A stretch of DNA of 64,000 bases from an uncultured beta proteobacterium (lineage in GTDB: Bacteria; Pseudomonadota; Gammaproteobacteria; Burkholderiales; SG8-39): positions 6,484 through 70,483 of the forward strand of contig CAIUKQ010000309.1 of assembly GCA_903899705.1 (NCBI GenBank), in the 5' to 3' direction. Positions 18,309 to 26,884 of the stretch are shown one piece after another (the stretch's first letter is position 1; every line of letters starts with the position of its first letter). The position numbers and the translations under genes are program-made. Below the pieces are notes generated by a model. The model worked only from the letters and a program-made list of their open reading frames with translations, did not search any database and was not told the DNA's origin.

Positions 18309-19848
18309 TTTCATCGGGGTCTTGCGGGATATTGCAGGTCATAGCGCGGACCGGCGATTCGCGGCGTTCCGGTTTTTGCTGCTGCTCGGTGCCGGGCTCG
18401 GCGCGACCGGCAGCGCTTTCGCCATCGGCATGGGAACCGAGGAGGCTCGCCACCTTCTGGTGAGAACGACCTTCGGGCTGACCATGCAGCGCGTGCGCGA
18501 TTTCTCCTTCCTCACGCACGAACAGGCCGTATCGCGCCTCCTCTCTGAAGGAAATCCGGCCGCATCGAAACCGCCGCCCGCATGGGTGGATGAGCCGGTA
18601 ACGCCATTCCGGACTTTCCGCAATGCCACCGCCGAAGAACGCCGAAGGTTGCAGGATCGGGACATCCGCCGCGGCCTTGAACTGCGCGCATGGTGGGTTG
18701 GGGAGATGCTTGATTCGCCGTCGCAATTGAATGAACGCATGACGCTTTTCTGGCACGGGCATTTCACGTCAAGCCAGCAGAAGGTCCGCATGGTTCAATT
18801 GATGTACCGACAGAATCAGCTCCTGCGGAAGCAGGCCACCGGCAATTTTGCGGAACTGCTCCATGCGGTGTCGAAAGATCCTGCGATGCTGGTTTACCTG
18901 GACTCAGCCAGCAACCGCCGCGGCAGGCCCAACGAAAATTTTGCGCGTGAGGTGATGGAGCTTTTCACACTCGGCGAGGGAAGCTACGGTGAGGCCGACA
19001 TCCGCGAGGCGGCGCGTGCGTTCACCGGATGGTCGATTGAACTGGATACGGGTGAATACCTGTGGCGCGCGCCGGCCCATGATGCCGGCGACAAGACCGT
19101 CCTCGGGAAGACCGGAAATTTCGATGGTGATGCGGTACTGGACATCCTCCTTGCACAGCCCCGCGCCGCCGAGTACATAGTTGAAAAGCTCTGGCGCGAA
19201 TTCATCTCGCAGCGCCCCGATGCGCGCGAGGTTCACCGCATCGCCGCCGCGTTCCGCACTTCTCGCTACGACATCAAGACTGCCTTGCGGGAACTGCTCG
19301 GATCGGGCGCTTTCTGGGCCATCGAAAATCGGGGCAACATGTTCAAATCGCCGGCCGATTTGGTGGTGGGGACGCTGCGCCAGTTCGAAATTCCCGTCGG
19401 CGACCCCACGCCGCTGGCGCTGCTGATGGGCGCTCTGGGACAAAACCTCTTTTCGCCGCCCAATGTGAAGGGCTGGCCGGGTGGCACGCGCTGGGTGAAC
19501 AGCACGACGTTGCTGACGCGCAAGCAATTTGTCGACCGCCTTTTCCGGACGGATGATTCGCCTTCGGAGCCGGACGCGGACCGGCGCAATCTTAATGATT
19601 TCGCGACTGCCAATGGCGTCGGTCGGCTGAATGTCGAAGAGCGCGAACGGTTGGCGAAATCCATAGCCGGAATGCGCTTCGACAGCGAGAAGTGGCTGGC
19701 GCACTTTCCGGTGACGCTCGCGGGTGACGGCGAAACGGTGCGCCGTATCGTCCTTGCCGGGGAGCCCGCTGGCGGCCTTCCCGCCATGATGGCCAACCGC
19801 GAACTGGTCCGCCTGCTCGCCCTTGATCCGGTGTTTCAGCTCAAATGA
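18289..19848 (+). CDS. DUF1800 family protein
   Basis: EARHLLVRTTFG, MTLFWHGHFTS, AMLVYLD..N, NENFAREVMELFTLG and NVKGWPGG are all typical DUF1800 blocks. Start is uncertain: ATG 18274 or 18289, or TTG 18322. Confidence 0.8.
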   Translation: MAARATSFIGVLRDIAGHSADRRFAAFRFLLLLGAGLGATGSAFAIGMGTEEARHLLVRTTFGLTMQRVRDFSFLTHEQAVSRLLSEGNPAASKPPPAWVDEPVTPFRTFRNATAEERRRLQDRDIRRGLELRAWWVGEMLDSPSQLNERMTLFWHGHFTSSQQKVRMVQLMYRQNQLLRKQATGNFAELLHAVSKDPAMLVYLDSASNRRGRPNENFAREVMELFTLGEGSYGEADIREAARAFTGWSIELDTGEYLWRAPAHDAGDKTVLGKTGNFDGDAVLDILLAQPRAAEYIVEKLWREFISQRPDAREVHRIAAAFRTSRYDIKTALRELLGSGAFWAIENRGNMFKSPADLVVGTLRQFEIPVGDPTPLALLMGALGQNLFSPPNVKGWPGGTRWVNSTTLLTRKQFVDRLFRTDDSPSEPDADRRNLNDFATANGVGRLNVEERERLAKSIAGMRFDSEKWLAHFPVTLAGDGETVRRIVLAGEPAGGLPAMMANRELVRLLALDPVFQLK

Positions 19849-21008
19849 ACATCTCCATCGGCAGGCGGCAATTCCTTGGAGCAGTGGGCGCGGGATTGTT
19901 GAGCGGCGGGTTGCCGGAATTTGTTTTTGCGGCCCCCGGTGCCGATTACGGCAGGCTGCTGGTGCTCGTGGAATTGAAGGGCGGCAACGACGGCCTGAAT
20001 ACCGTCGTCCCCTACGCCGATGCCGCCTACGCTCGCCTGCGCCCACGCATCGGTATTTCCCGAGACGAAGTGCTCAAGCTCGACGAGAAGGCGGCACTGC
20101 ATCCTTCGCTCGAATCGCTGATGGCTTTGTGGCAGGCGAAAGAGTTGGCCATTGTTCAGGGCCTGGGTTACGAAGATCCCAATTTTTCGCACTTTCGCTC
20201 GATCGAGATCTGGGACACGGGCTCGGCAAGCAACCAGACGCTGGGGGAGGGCTGGCTTGCTCGCGCGTTTTCCGCCGTACCGGTCCCCGTCGGATTTGCC
20301 GCGGAGGGCGCAGTCATCGGCGGGCTGGAAAACGGTCCGCTGGCGGGTTCGCGCTGTGTCGCACTGGCCAATCCCGATCAGTTCCTGCGCCGCGCCAGGC
20401 TTGCGACACCGATGCGCGCCTCCGGTTCGGCTGCGCTCCAGCACGTGCTTAAGGTTGAGTCCGACATTGCTCAGGCGGCCGTCAGGCTGGCCGGCAGCGC
20501 CGCTCCATTGCAGGGTTTTCCACCGGGTGATCTGGGCAATTCGCTGCGCATTGCGGCTCAGGTGCTTGCAGGTGGGGCAAGGGTGGCGGCCATCAAGGTA
20601 TCGCTGAATGGTTTTGACAACCACCAGAACCAGCCGGGTGTGCATGCCAATCTGCTTCGTCAATTCGCGGAATCGATCGCGGCATTCCGGTCGTGTCTGC
20701 AGGGGCTGGGCCAGTGGAACAACACGCTGGTGATGACCTATGCAGAATTCGGCCGCAGGCCTGCGGAAAACGGATCGATGGGCACGGACCATGGCACCTC
20801 CAACGTGCACTTTGTGACCGGCGGTCGTGTGAAGGGCGGACTTTATGGCGAGGGACCGCGCCTGGATCAGTTGGAAAACGAAAACCTCCGACACGTGCTG
20901 GATTTCCGCAGCCTGTATGCCACGGCGCTCGGGCCATGGTGGGGCATGGATTCCGGGCGCGCATTGGGCGGCAGGTTCGAGCCGGTTCCCCTGTTCAGAG
21001 CGGTTTGA
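19845..21008 (+). CDS. DUF1501 family protein (Tat-signal, sulfatase/phosphatase-like fold)
   Basis: Twin-arginine N-terminus MNISIGRRQFLGAVGAGLL. GGNDGLNTVVPY, FSHFRS, EFGRR..ENGS.GTDHG. ATGA overlap with the DUF1800 gene. Confidence 0.85.
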   Translation: MNISIGRRQFLGAVGAGLLSGGLPEFVFAAPGADYGRLLVLVELKGGNDGLNTVVPYADAAYARLRPRIGISRDEVLKLDEKAALHPSLESLMALWQAKELAIVQGLGYEDPNFSHFRSIEIWDTGSASNQTLGEGWLARAFSAVPVPVGFAAEGAVIGGLENGPLAGSRCVALANPDQFLRRARLATPMRASGSAALQHVLKVESDIAQAAVRLAGSAAPLQGFPPGDLGNSLRIAAQVLAGGARVAAIKVSLNGFDNHQNQPGVHANLLRQFAESIAAFRSCLQGLGQWNNTLVMTYAEFGRRPAENGSMGTDHGTSNVHFVTGGRVKGGLYGEGPRLDQLENENLRHVLDFRSLYATALGPWWGMDSGRALGGRFEPVPLFRAV

Positions 21009-21029
21009 ATTGCCTCTGAGAATTTTTCA

Positions 21030-21042
21030 TAAGTATTTGATT
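21030..21042 (-). promoter_or_regulatory. IHF-consensus match inside an AT-rich island
   Basis: Minus strand AATCAAATACTTA fits WATCAANNNNTTR. It sits in the 62-bp AT-rich gap between the convergent DUF1501 and Rieske genes. Confidence 0.3.
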
Positions 21043-21070
21043 AAATTATGTTATTTATGCTATCGGCGGG

Positions 21071-22285
21071 TCAGTAGGCGCCCGTTGCCCGAAGCGCGTT
21101 CTTCTGCTCCAGCAAGGGGCTGCAATCCAGACTCATGCTGCTGCGTTTGATCGGCCGGCCTTCGGCGAAAGCCAGCGCTTCGCGCGTCCAGATGCGGCGC
21201 ATGAAACCAAGGTGACGGTCAGACAACCCCAGGCGTTCCAGATCGCGATCGGTATTGGCGCCTTGTCCCGCCTGCGCCACCTGGTCCTGCACCGTGGCGA
21301 GGTAGGGGTGGTCCAGCACGTCGTTGATGGTCATGCGGCCGGCCATGATTTCGGCGGTGTAGTGCACTTCCAGTTTCCATTTCTTCGCCCATTCGTCACG
21401 CAGCTTCTGCATTTCCTCACGATAGCGATCGGCAGCCGATCCGGTGACGCGGACAAGCTGCGTCCGCGTGAAGATGTGGGTCTCGTCGTCGACGGGAACA
21501 TGCATTAGGTAGGTATCGCGGAACCGCGGGCAGATGTTCGCGCGCGCAATGCCATTGACCACCGGGATCAGCAGGCGCACGGCATTGGGCATCAACCCCA
21601 GCATCGCGGTGCGCATGAGTTCGTTGCCAAAGTTCCAGCGGTGCAGCGTACCGTATTCGGTTTCTTCGGGGGGCGGCTGGATGGACATGTCCAGTGACAT
21701 GAAATCTTCATGGGTAATGCCGTGGCTGTGCGACCACAGGATGTGGCAGGGGTCGAAATTGTTCTCGTGTGTCTGGAAGTAATTGCAGGGGTAGAGTGTG
21801 GATCGGGTTTCGACGATGCCCTCATCCTCGAACGCAGGGAAAGGCGGGAAGGCAGGTGGTTCCCCTTCGCCGAAATACGCGAAGATCAGGCCCACATGCT
21901 CGCGCGTCGGATAAGCCTTGATGTCGTCGTGGGTGCCCGGCGGGGTCTTTTCGGCCGGACGTTCCACGCACTTGCCCTCACCGTTGAATTTCCAGCCGTG
22001 GTACAGGCAGCGGATGTCGTCACCTTCGACCCACCCGGTGTTGAGCAGCGTGGCGCGATGCGTGCAGCGTTGCGCCACGACGTGCGCGGTGCCGGTCTGG
22101 CCCCGGTAGAGCGTGAAATCCTCGCTCATGATGCGGATGGGCTTGGCCCGGCCGGCGGGCAACTGATCGGAATTGCAGACCGGCTGCCAGAACTGGCGCA
22201 TATAGCGGCCTGCGACCGTACCCGGACCGGTGCGGCCGAACTCAACTCTGGTTTGATGTTGCGAAACGGGATGCACTGCCGCCAT
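21071..22285 (-). CDS. Rieske [2Fe-2S] non-haem-iron oxygenase, alpha-subunit-like
   Basis: CTHRATLL..CLYHGWKF Rieske motif. ATG 22285 has an AGGGG SD 5 nt upstream; track start 22327 is less likely. Confidence 0.8.
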   Translation of the reverse strand: MAAVHPVSQHQTRVEFGRTGPGTVAGRYMRQFWQPVCNSDQLPAGRAKPIRIMSEDFTLYRGQTGTAHVVAQRCTHRATLLNTGWVEGDDIRCLYHGWKFNGEGKCVERPAEKTPPGTHDDIKAYPTREHVGLIFAYFGEGEPPAFPPFPAFEDEGIVETRSTLYPCNYFQTHENNFDPCHILWSHSHGITHEDFMSLDMSIQPPPEETEYGTLHRWNFGNELMRTAMLGLMPNAVRLLIPVVNGIARANICPRFRDTYLMHVPVDDETHIFTRTQLVRVTGSAADRYREEMQKLRDEWAKKWKLEVHYTAEIMAGRMTINDVLDHPYLATVQDQVAQAGQGANTDRDLERLGLSDRHLGFMRRIWTREALAFAEGRPIKRSSMSLDCSPLLEQKNALRATGAY

Positions 22286-22397
22286 GAAAACCCCTGCAAT
22301 CAATTGGACCGGGCAATGATAAATCAATGTCCTGGATTCAGTGGATTGCCGAGAGGGTGTTTGCGCAGTTATCCAGGCTGAGTCACAAGCAGGTCCG

Positions 22398-23138
22398 TCA
22401 GTAAAACAAACCGTCGTACAGCAGCTTCGCCCCGGTGCAGAAAAGCAGGATGTAGGCGAGACGGAAAAACCACAACGTGCTCAGTTTTCGCTGTATCCAT
22501 ATTCCCAGCACGATTCCAACAGGGACAACCGGCATGAGAGCCGCCGCGGTCGTCAGATTGGTGCGGTCGAACAGGCCCAGTGTGAAGTAGGGGATGATTT
22601 TAAGAGCGTTCACGACCGCGAAGAAAATCACGGTGGTTCCCACATGCACCGGCTTGGGCAGGCGCAGCGGCAGAAGATAAACGTACAGGGGAGGGCCTCC
22701 GGAATGAGCGACAAAACTGGTGACGCCGGAAATGGTTCCCCAAAAAAAGCCCTTTCTAATCCGTGGTGTCGGATCAGGCGGAAGTTTGTTGAGCCAGCTC
22801 TGCATGACGAATCCCAACGCGATAAGACCCAGGATCACGCGCAGCGAATGTTCATCGAGATAGCTGAAGGTTGCCCAACCGATGAGTGTGCCCAACACGC
22901 CCGCCGGCATGATGATGCGCAGGTGCTCGCGGCTCCATTCCTTGCGGTAGAGATAGACGCTGACGACGTCCATGACCAGCAGAATGGGCAGCATGACCGC
23001 GGCGGCCTGTATGGGTGAGATCGCCAGTGCGAGTATGGGAACTGCAATGCCGCCTGCAATCCCCAGCCCGGCTTTTGAAATGCCGGTGAGGATGACCGCA
23101 GGAATCGCCACCGCGTAAAACCACGGGTTTTCAATCAT
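22398..23138 (-). CDS. TauE/SafE (TSUP, DUF81) family anion/sulfite exporter
   Basis: 246 aa, all-hydrophobic with the typical duplicated 4-TM pattern. GISKAGLG..GGIAVPIL. Confidence 0.8.
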   Translation of the reverse strand: MIENPWFYAVAIPAVILTGISKAGLGIAGGIAVPILALAISPIQAAAVMLPILLVMDVVSVYLYRKEWSREHLRIIMPAGVLGTLIGWATFSYLDEHSLRVILGLIALGFVMQSWLNKLPPDPTPRIRKGFFWGTISGVTSFVAHSGGPPLYVYLLPLRLPKPVHVGTTVIFFAVVNALKIIPYFTLGLFDRTNLTTAAALMPVVPVGIVLGIWIQRKLSTLWFFRLAYILLFCTGAKLLYDGLFY

Positions 23139-23152
23139 TTAGAGTCGCCTAG

Positions 23153-24208
23153 CTAGATGGCGGCTGTAATGGCCCTGCCCATTTCCTGGGTGGAGGCGGT
23201 GCCGCCGATGTCGCGGGTGCGAGGGCCGCTGGTGAGCACGGTCTCGATGGCCCGCACCACGGCATCTGCGGCCGGCTTGTAACCCAGGTGCTCGAGCATC
23301 ATCGCCCCGGACCAGATCTGCCCGACCGGGTTGGCAATGTTCTTTCCGGCAATGTCCGGCGCGGAGCCATGCACCGGCTCGAACAGCGACGGCGTTTCAC
23401 GGGAGGGGTTGATGTTTCCCGAAGGCGCAATGCCGATGGTGCCGGTGACGGCGGGACCCAGATCGGAAAGGATGTCGCCGAAAAGGTTGGAACCCACCAC
23501 CACATCGAACCAGTCGGGATGCTGCACGAAATGCGCGGTGAGGATGTCGATGTGGTACTGGTCGACCCGCACATCGGGATACTCTTTCGCCATGGCCGCG
23601 ACCCGCTCGTCCCAGTAGGGCATGGTGATGGCGATGCCATTGGACTTGGTTGCGGAGGTGAGGTGCTTTTTCGGCCGGCTCTGCGCAAGCTCGAACGCCC
23701 AGCGCAGGATGCGGTCGGTGCCATGGCGCGTGAAGATGGATTCCTGGAACACCACTTCCCGCGCGGTGCCCTCGAAGCTGCGCCCGCCCACCGCCGAATA
23801 TTCGCCTTCGGTATTTTCACGCACCACCCAGAAATCGATATCGCCGGCCTTGCGGTTGCGAACCGGTGCCTCGATTCCGGGCATCAGCCTCACCGGGCGC
23901 AGATTGACGTAAAGGTCAAACGCGCGGCGCATCGGGATCAGCATTTCCCAAAGCGAAACGTGGTCGGGCACGCCGGGAAATCCGCAGGCACCGAAATAAA
24001 TCGCCTCGAATCCGCGAAGGGTGTCCAGCGCATCCTCCGGCATCATGCGGCCGTGCTTTGTGCGGTACTCGCAGCTCCATGGGAATTCGCTCCATGCGAA
24101 CTCGATTCCGAATTTCTGGCCGGCCGCCTCCATGGCGCGCAGGCCTTCCGGCATGACTTCCCGTCCGATGCCGTCGCCGGCGATGACTGCTATGCGATGC
24201 TTGGCCAT
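23153..24208 (-). CDS. tartrate dehydrogenase / D-malate dehydrogenase (decarboxylating), isopropylmalate-DH family
   Basis: 351 aa. RIAVIAGDGIGREV, NLRP, VVRENTEGEY, NLFGDILSD, GSAPDIAGK. Confidence 0.85.
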   Translation of the reverse strand: MAKHRIAVIAGDGIGREVMPEGLRAMEAAGQKFGIEFAWSEFPWSCEYRTKHGRMMPEDALDTLRGFEAIYFGACGFPGVPDHVSLWEMLIPMRRAFDLYVNLRPVRLMPGIEAPVRNRKAGDIDFWVVRENTEGEYSAVGGRSFEGTAREVVFQESIFTRHGTDRILRWAFELAQSRPKKHLTSATKSNGIAITMPYWDERVAAMAKEYPDVRVDQYHIDILTAHFVQHPDWFDVVVGSNLFGDILSDLGPAVTGTIGIAPSGNINPSRETPSLFEPVHGSAPDIAGKNIANPVGQIWSGAMMLEHLGYKPAADAVVRAIETVLTSGPRTRDIGGTASTQEMGRAITAAI

Positions 24209-24228
24209 AAGAAATCCTGTGAATGCAA

Positions 24229-24267
24229 TGTGAGCGAAAAACGAGAGTGAAAACCGAGATTGAAAAA
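24229..24267. repeat. three head-to-tail 13-bp direct repeats
   Basis: GTGAGCGAAAAAC / GAGAGTGAAAACC / GAGATTGAAAAAC. 9 of 13 positions are invariant. Located 21-59 nt upstream of the tartrate-DH-like ATG (24208, minus strand). Confidence 0.9.
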
Positions 24268-24312
24268 CGCGCCATCATGATGACGGGGGCAGGTCGCGTC
24301 AAGCCGGATAAA

Positions 24313-24349
24313 AATCGGCGGGGCGCACTGAACAGATAGAATCGGCGGG
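24313..24349. repeat. two copies of AATCGGCGGG, 27 nt apart
   Basis: Copies at 24313-24322 and 24340-24349, in the same divergent intergenic region. Confidence 0.7.
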
Positions 24350-24372
24350 TTGCCGCAAAAAGAAACAGCATC

Positions 24373-25737
24373 TTGATCTCCACCGGAAATCCCCCCCGTC
24401 AAATGGCCCTGGGCCTGGTCATCAACTGGGCCGGAGGGCATGTGGCGTCCTGGAAGCACCCCACCGTCCCGTCGGGTGCTGCGATGAACTTCGACTATTA
24501 CCGCGGGATTGCGGCGACGGCGGAGCGCGCCTGCTTTGATCTGTTGTTTCTGGCCGACCACCTGTCGGTCGGCGAGGCAGGCGCCACAGCGGAGCGTCTG
24601 CAGAAATCCGGCGAAGTGGTTTTTTTCGAACCGATGATCCTGCTTGCCGGGCTTGCTGCCATCACCCGGCATATCGGCCTCACGGCGACGGTCTCGACAA
24701 CCTATAACGAGCCCTACAACGTCGCGCGTGTGTTTGCCTCACTCGATCACCTGAGCAACGGACGCGCCGGCTGGAATGTCGTCACCACCGGCCGCGAGGC
24801 GGCAGCGCCCAACTACGGCCAGGAAAAACACATGCAGCACGCGGACCGCTACCACCGCGCGCATGAGTTCCTCGATGTGGTCAAGGCCCTTTGGGACAGC
24901 TGGGATGACGATGCCTTCCTGCAGGACAAGGCGCGCGGCATCTTCTTCGACAAGGCGAAGATGCATTTTCAGAATCATGCGGGCGAGCACTTTTCCGTCA
25001 AAGGGCCTCTCAATGTGGCGCGTCCGCCGCAGGGACATCCGCTGATCATCCAGGCCGGATCATCGGATGCAGGGCAGGATCTGGCGGCGGCCACCGCCGA
25101 CGTTGTATTTACCGGGCAGTTGACGCTCGAGGGCGGGCAACGCTTTTACCGGGGGCTGAAGGCGCGCATGGTGAAGCTCGGCCGCGCGCCGGATTCACTC
25201 AGGGTGATGCCGGGACTTGTGCCCATCGTGGGACGCACCCATGCCGAGGCGCGGGAAAAATTCGATGCGATTCAGAATCTCATGGACGGCGATGAGGCGC
25301 TGATGTTCCTGTCTCAGATGCTGGGTGGAGCGGACCTGTCCGGCATTCCTCCGGATGTCCCGGGGCCGGACCTGCCGATGATCGAGAATCGCGGATCCAG
25401 CGGCCCGAAATTGCTTCAGGAAAAGGCAAAACGGGAGAACCTCACCCTGCGACAGCTGGCTTACGAAGTGGCGGGCGCCCGCCGCCATCGCCTTGTGATC
25501 GGCTCTGCGACCGAGGTGGCCGATCAACTCGAGCTATGGTTCAAAAACGAAGCGGCGGACGGGTTCAATATTTTTCCGGCATGGATGCCCGGTGGCGTCG
25601 AGGATTTCGCGGAACTGGTGATACCGGAATTGCAGCGCCGGGGGCTGTATCGAACCCGATACGAAGGCGGTACTCTCCGCGAGAACCTGGGACTCGAGCG
25701 TCCGGCGAACCGCTACTCCTCGCGAAATGCGGACTGA
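24373..25737 (+). CDS. LLM-class flavin-dependent monooxygenase (NtaA/SnaA/DszA subfamily)
   Basis: ~450 aa. WKHP, FDLLFLADHL, typical long insertion region. Start ambiguous (TTG 24373 or ATG 24403). Stop overlaps the tsaB ATG. Confidence 0.85.
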   Translation: MISTGNPPRQMALGLVINWAGGHVASWKHPTVPSGAAMNFDYYRGIAATAERACFDLLFLADHLSVGEAGATAERLQKSGEVVFFEPMILLAGLAAITRHIGLTATVSTTYNEPYNVARVFASLDHLSNGRAGWNVVTTGREAAAPNYGQEKHMQHADRYHRAHEFLDVVKALWDSWDDDAFLQDKARGIFFDKAKMHFQNHAGEHFSVKGPLNVARPPQGHPLIIQAGSSDAGQDLAAATADVVFTGQLTLEGGQRFYRGLKARMVKLGRAPDSLRVMPGLVPIVGRTHAEAREKFDAIQNLMDGDEALMFLSQMLGGADLSGIPPDVPGPDLPMIENRGSSGPKLLQEKAKRENLTLRQLAYEVAGARRHRLVIGSATEVADQLELWFKNEAADGFNIFPAWMPGGVEDFAELVIPELQRRGLYRTRYEGGTLRENLGLERPANRYSSRNAD

Positions 25738-26426
25738 TGAATCTCATCGCCATTGAAACGTCCACGTCGTATTGCTCGCTGGCAGTGTGCAGAGGGGCGC
25801 AGGTCGTTTCACGCCATGTCCTGGCAGAGCAGCGCCACGCAGAGATATTGCTCGATGAATTGGAGGGCCTGCTTCAGGTCGCGGGACTGACGCTGGCCGA
25901 AATCAATGGCATCGCCTTCGGAGAAGGCCCCGGCGCGTTCACAGGCCTGCGAATCGCATGCGGCGTGACGCAGGGGCTGGCCCTTGCGCGGAATATTCCA
26001 GTGATTGGAATCAGCACGCTGCTGTCGGTTGCGGAGGAATCGGGCGAATCCCGCGTCATCGCATGCATTGATGCCCGCATGAACGAGGTATATCACGCGG
26101 CGTATCGCAGGGAAGCCGGGCAATGGTTCGAGGAATGCGCTCCCGGCCTGTGCTCTCCCGCCGCCTTGCCAGCGCCCGAGGGAGACGATTGGATCGGCTG
26201 CGGTTCCGGCTTCAATGTCCATGACGAGATTCTGCGTGCGCGCCTGGGGCCGCAGATGGCAGGTACGAGTCCCGGAGTTTCGCCCACCGCAGCCGCGATT
26301 CTGGCCCTTGCCCGCCCGCGTTTCGAGCGGGGCGAAGGCAAGCCCGCGGCCATGGCGCTGCCGATATACTTGCGGGACAAGGTCGCGTTGAAAACCAGCG
26401 AAAGACAGAAGGTGGAAAAACCGTGA
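25737..26426 (+). CDS. tsaB: tRNA threonylcarbamoyladenosine biosynthesis protein TsaB
   Basis: MNLIAIETSTSYCSLAV..GEGPGAFTGLRIACGVTQGLA. Track ORF 25536 start lies inside the preceding gene. Confidence 0.9.
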   Translation: MNLIAIETSTSYCSLAVCRGAQVVSRHVLAEQRHAEILLDELEGLLQVAGLTLAEINGIAFGEGPGAFTGLRIACGVTQGLALARNIPVIGISTLLSVAEESGESRVIACIDARMNEVYHAAYRREAGQWFEECAPGLCSPAALPAPEGDDWIGCGSGFNVHDEILRARLGPQMAGTSPGVSPTAAAILALARPRFERGEGKPAAMALPIYLRDKVALKTSERQKVEKP

Positions 26427-26884
26427 GCGCCGTTCCGCAACCCGAGACCAACTATCAACCGATGCGGGAAAAGGATCTCGCCGAGGTGATGGCAATCGAG
26501 GAAGCGATTTACGAGTTTCCATGGACGCTGGGGAATTTTCGCGATTCCCTGCGCGCGGGCTACATGTGCTGGTTGTGCCGCGAAGGCCCGGAGTTGCTCG
26601 GGTATTCAGTACTGATGAATGCGGCCGGCGAGGTGCACCTGCTCAACCTGAGCATCGCCGGAAACCACCAGGGTCGTGGCCATGGCAGGCGCATGCTTTT
26701 GTTCCTGGTCGACAACGCGCGCATCGCGAAGGCGGAAAAAATAATACTGGAAGTCAGGCCCACCAATTCGGGTGCACAGAACCTCTACCATGATTTCGGA
26801 TTCAGGAAGGTCGGCGTGCGGCGCAACTACTACCCGGCCGCCCATGGCCGAGAAGACGCCACCGTCATGGCGCTCGAATTGTGA
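26423..26884 (+). CDS. rimI: ribosomal-protein-alanine N-acetyltransferase RimI
   Basis: GNAT core HLLNLSIAGNHQGRGHGRRML and YHDFGF. Start either GTG 26423 or ATG 26462. Confidence 0.88.
   Translation: MSAVPQPETNYQPMREKDLAEVMAIEEAIYEFPWTLGNFRDSLRAGYMCWLCREGPELLGYSVLMNAAGEVHLLNLSIAGNHQGRGHGRRMLLFLVDNARIAKAEKIILEVRPTNSGAQNLYHDFGFRKVGVRRNYYPAAHGREDATVMALEL

Noticed and set aside
17863-18762. N-terminal 300-aa extension of the ompR ORF (track ORF 17128-18762).
   Set aside because: The extension has junk composition and runs antisense through the small secreted-protein and DUF1800 genes. The OmpR homology starts precisely at MSEQKAKILVVDDD (ATG 17862).
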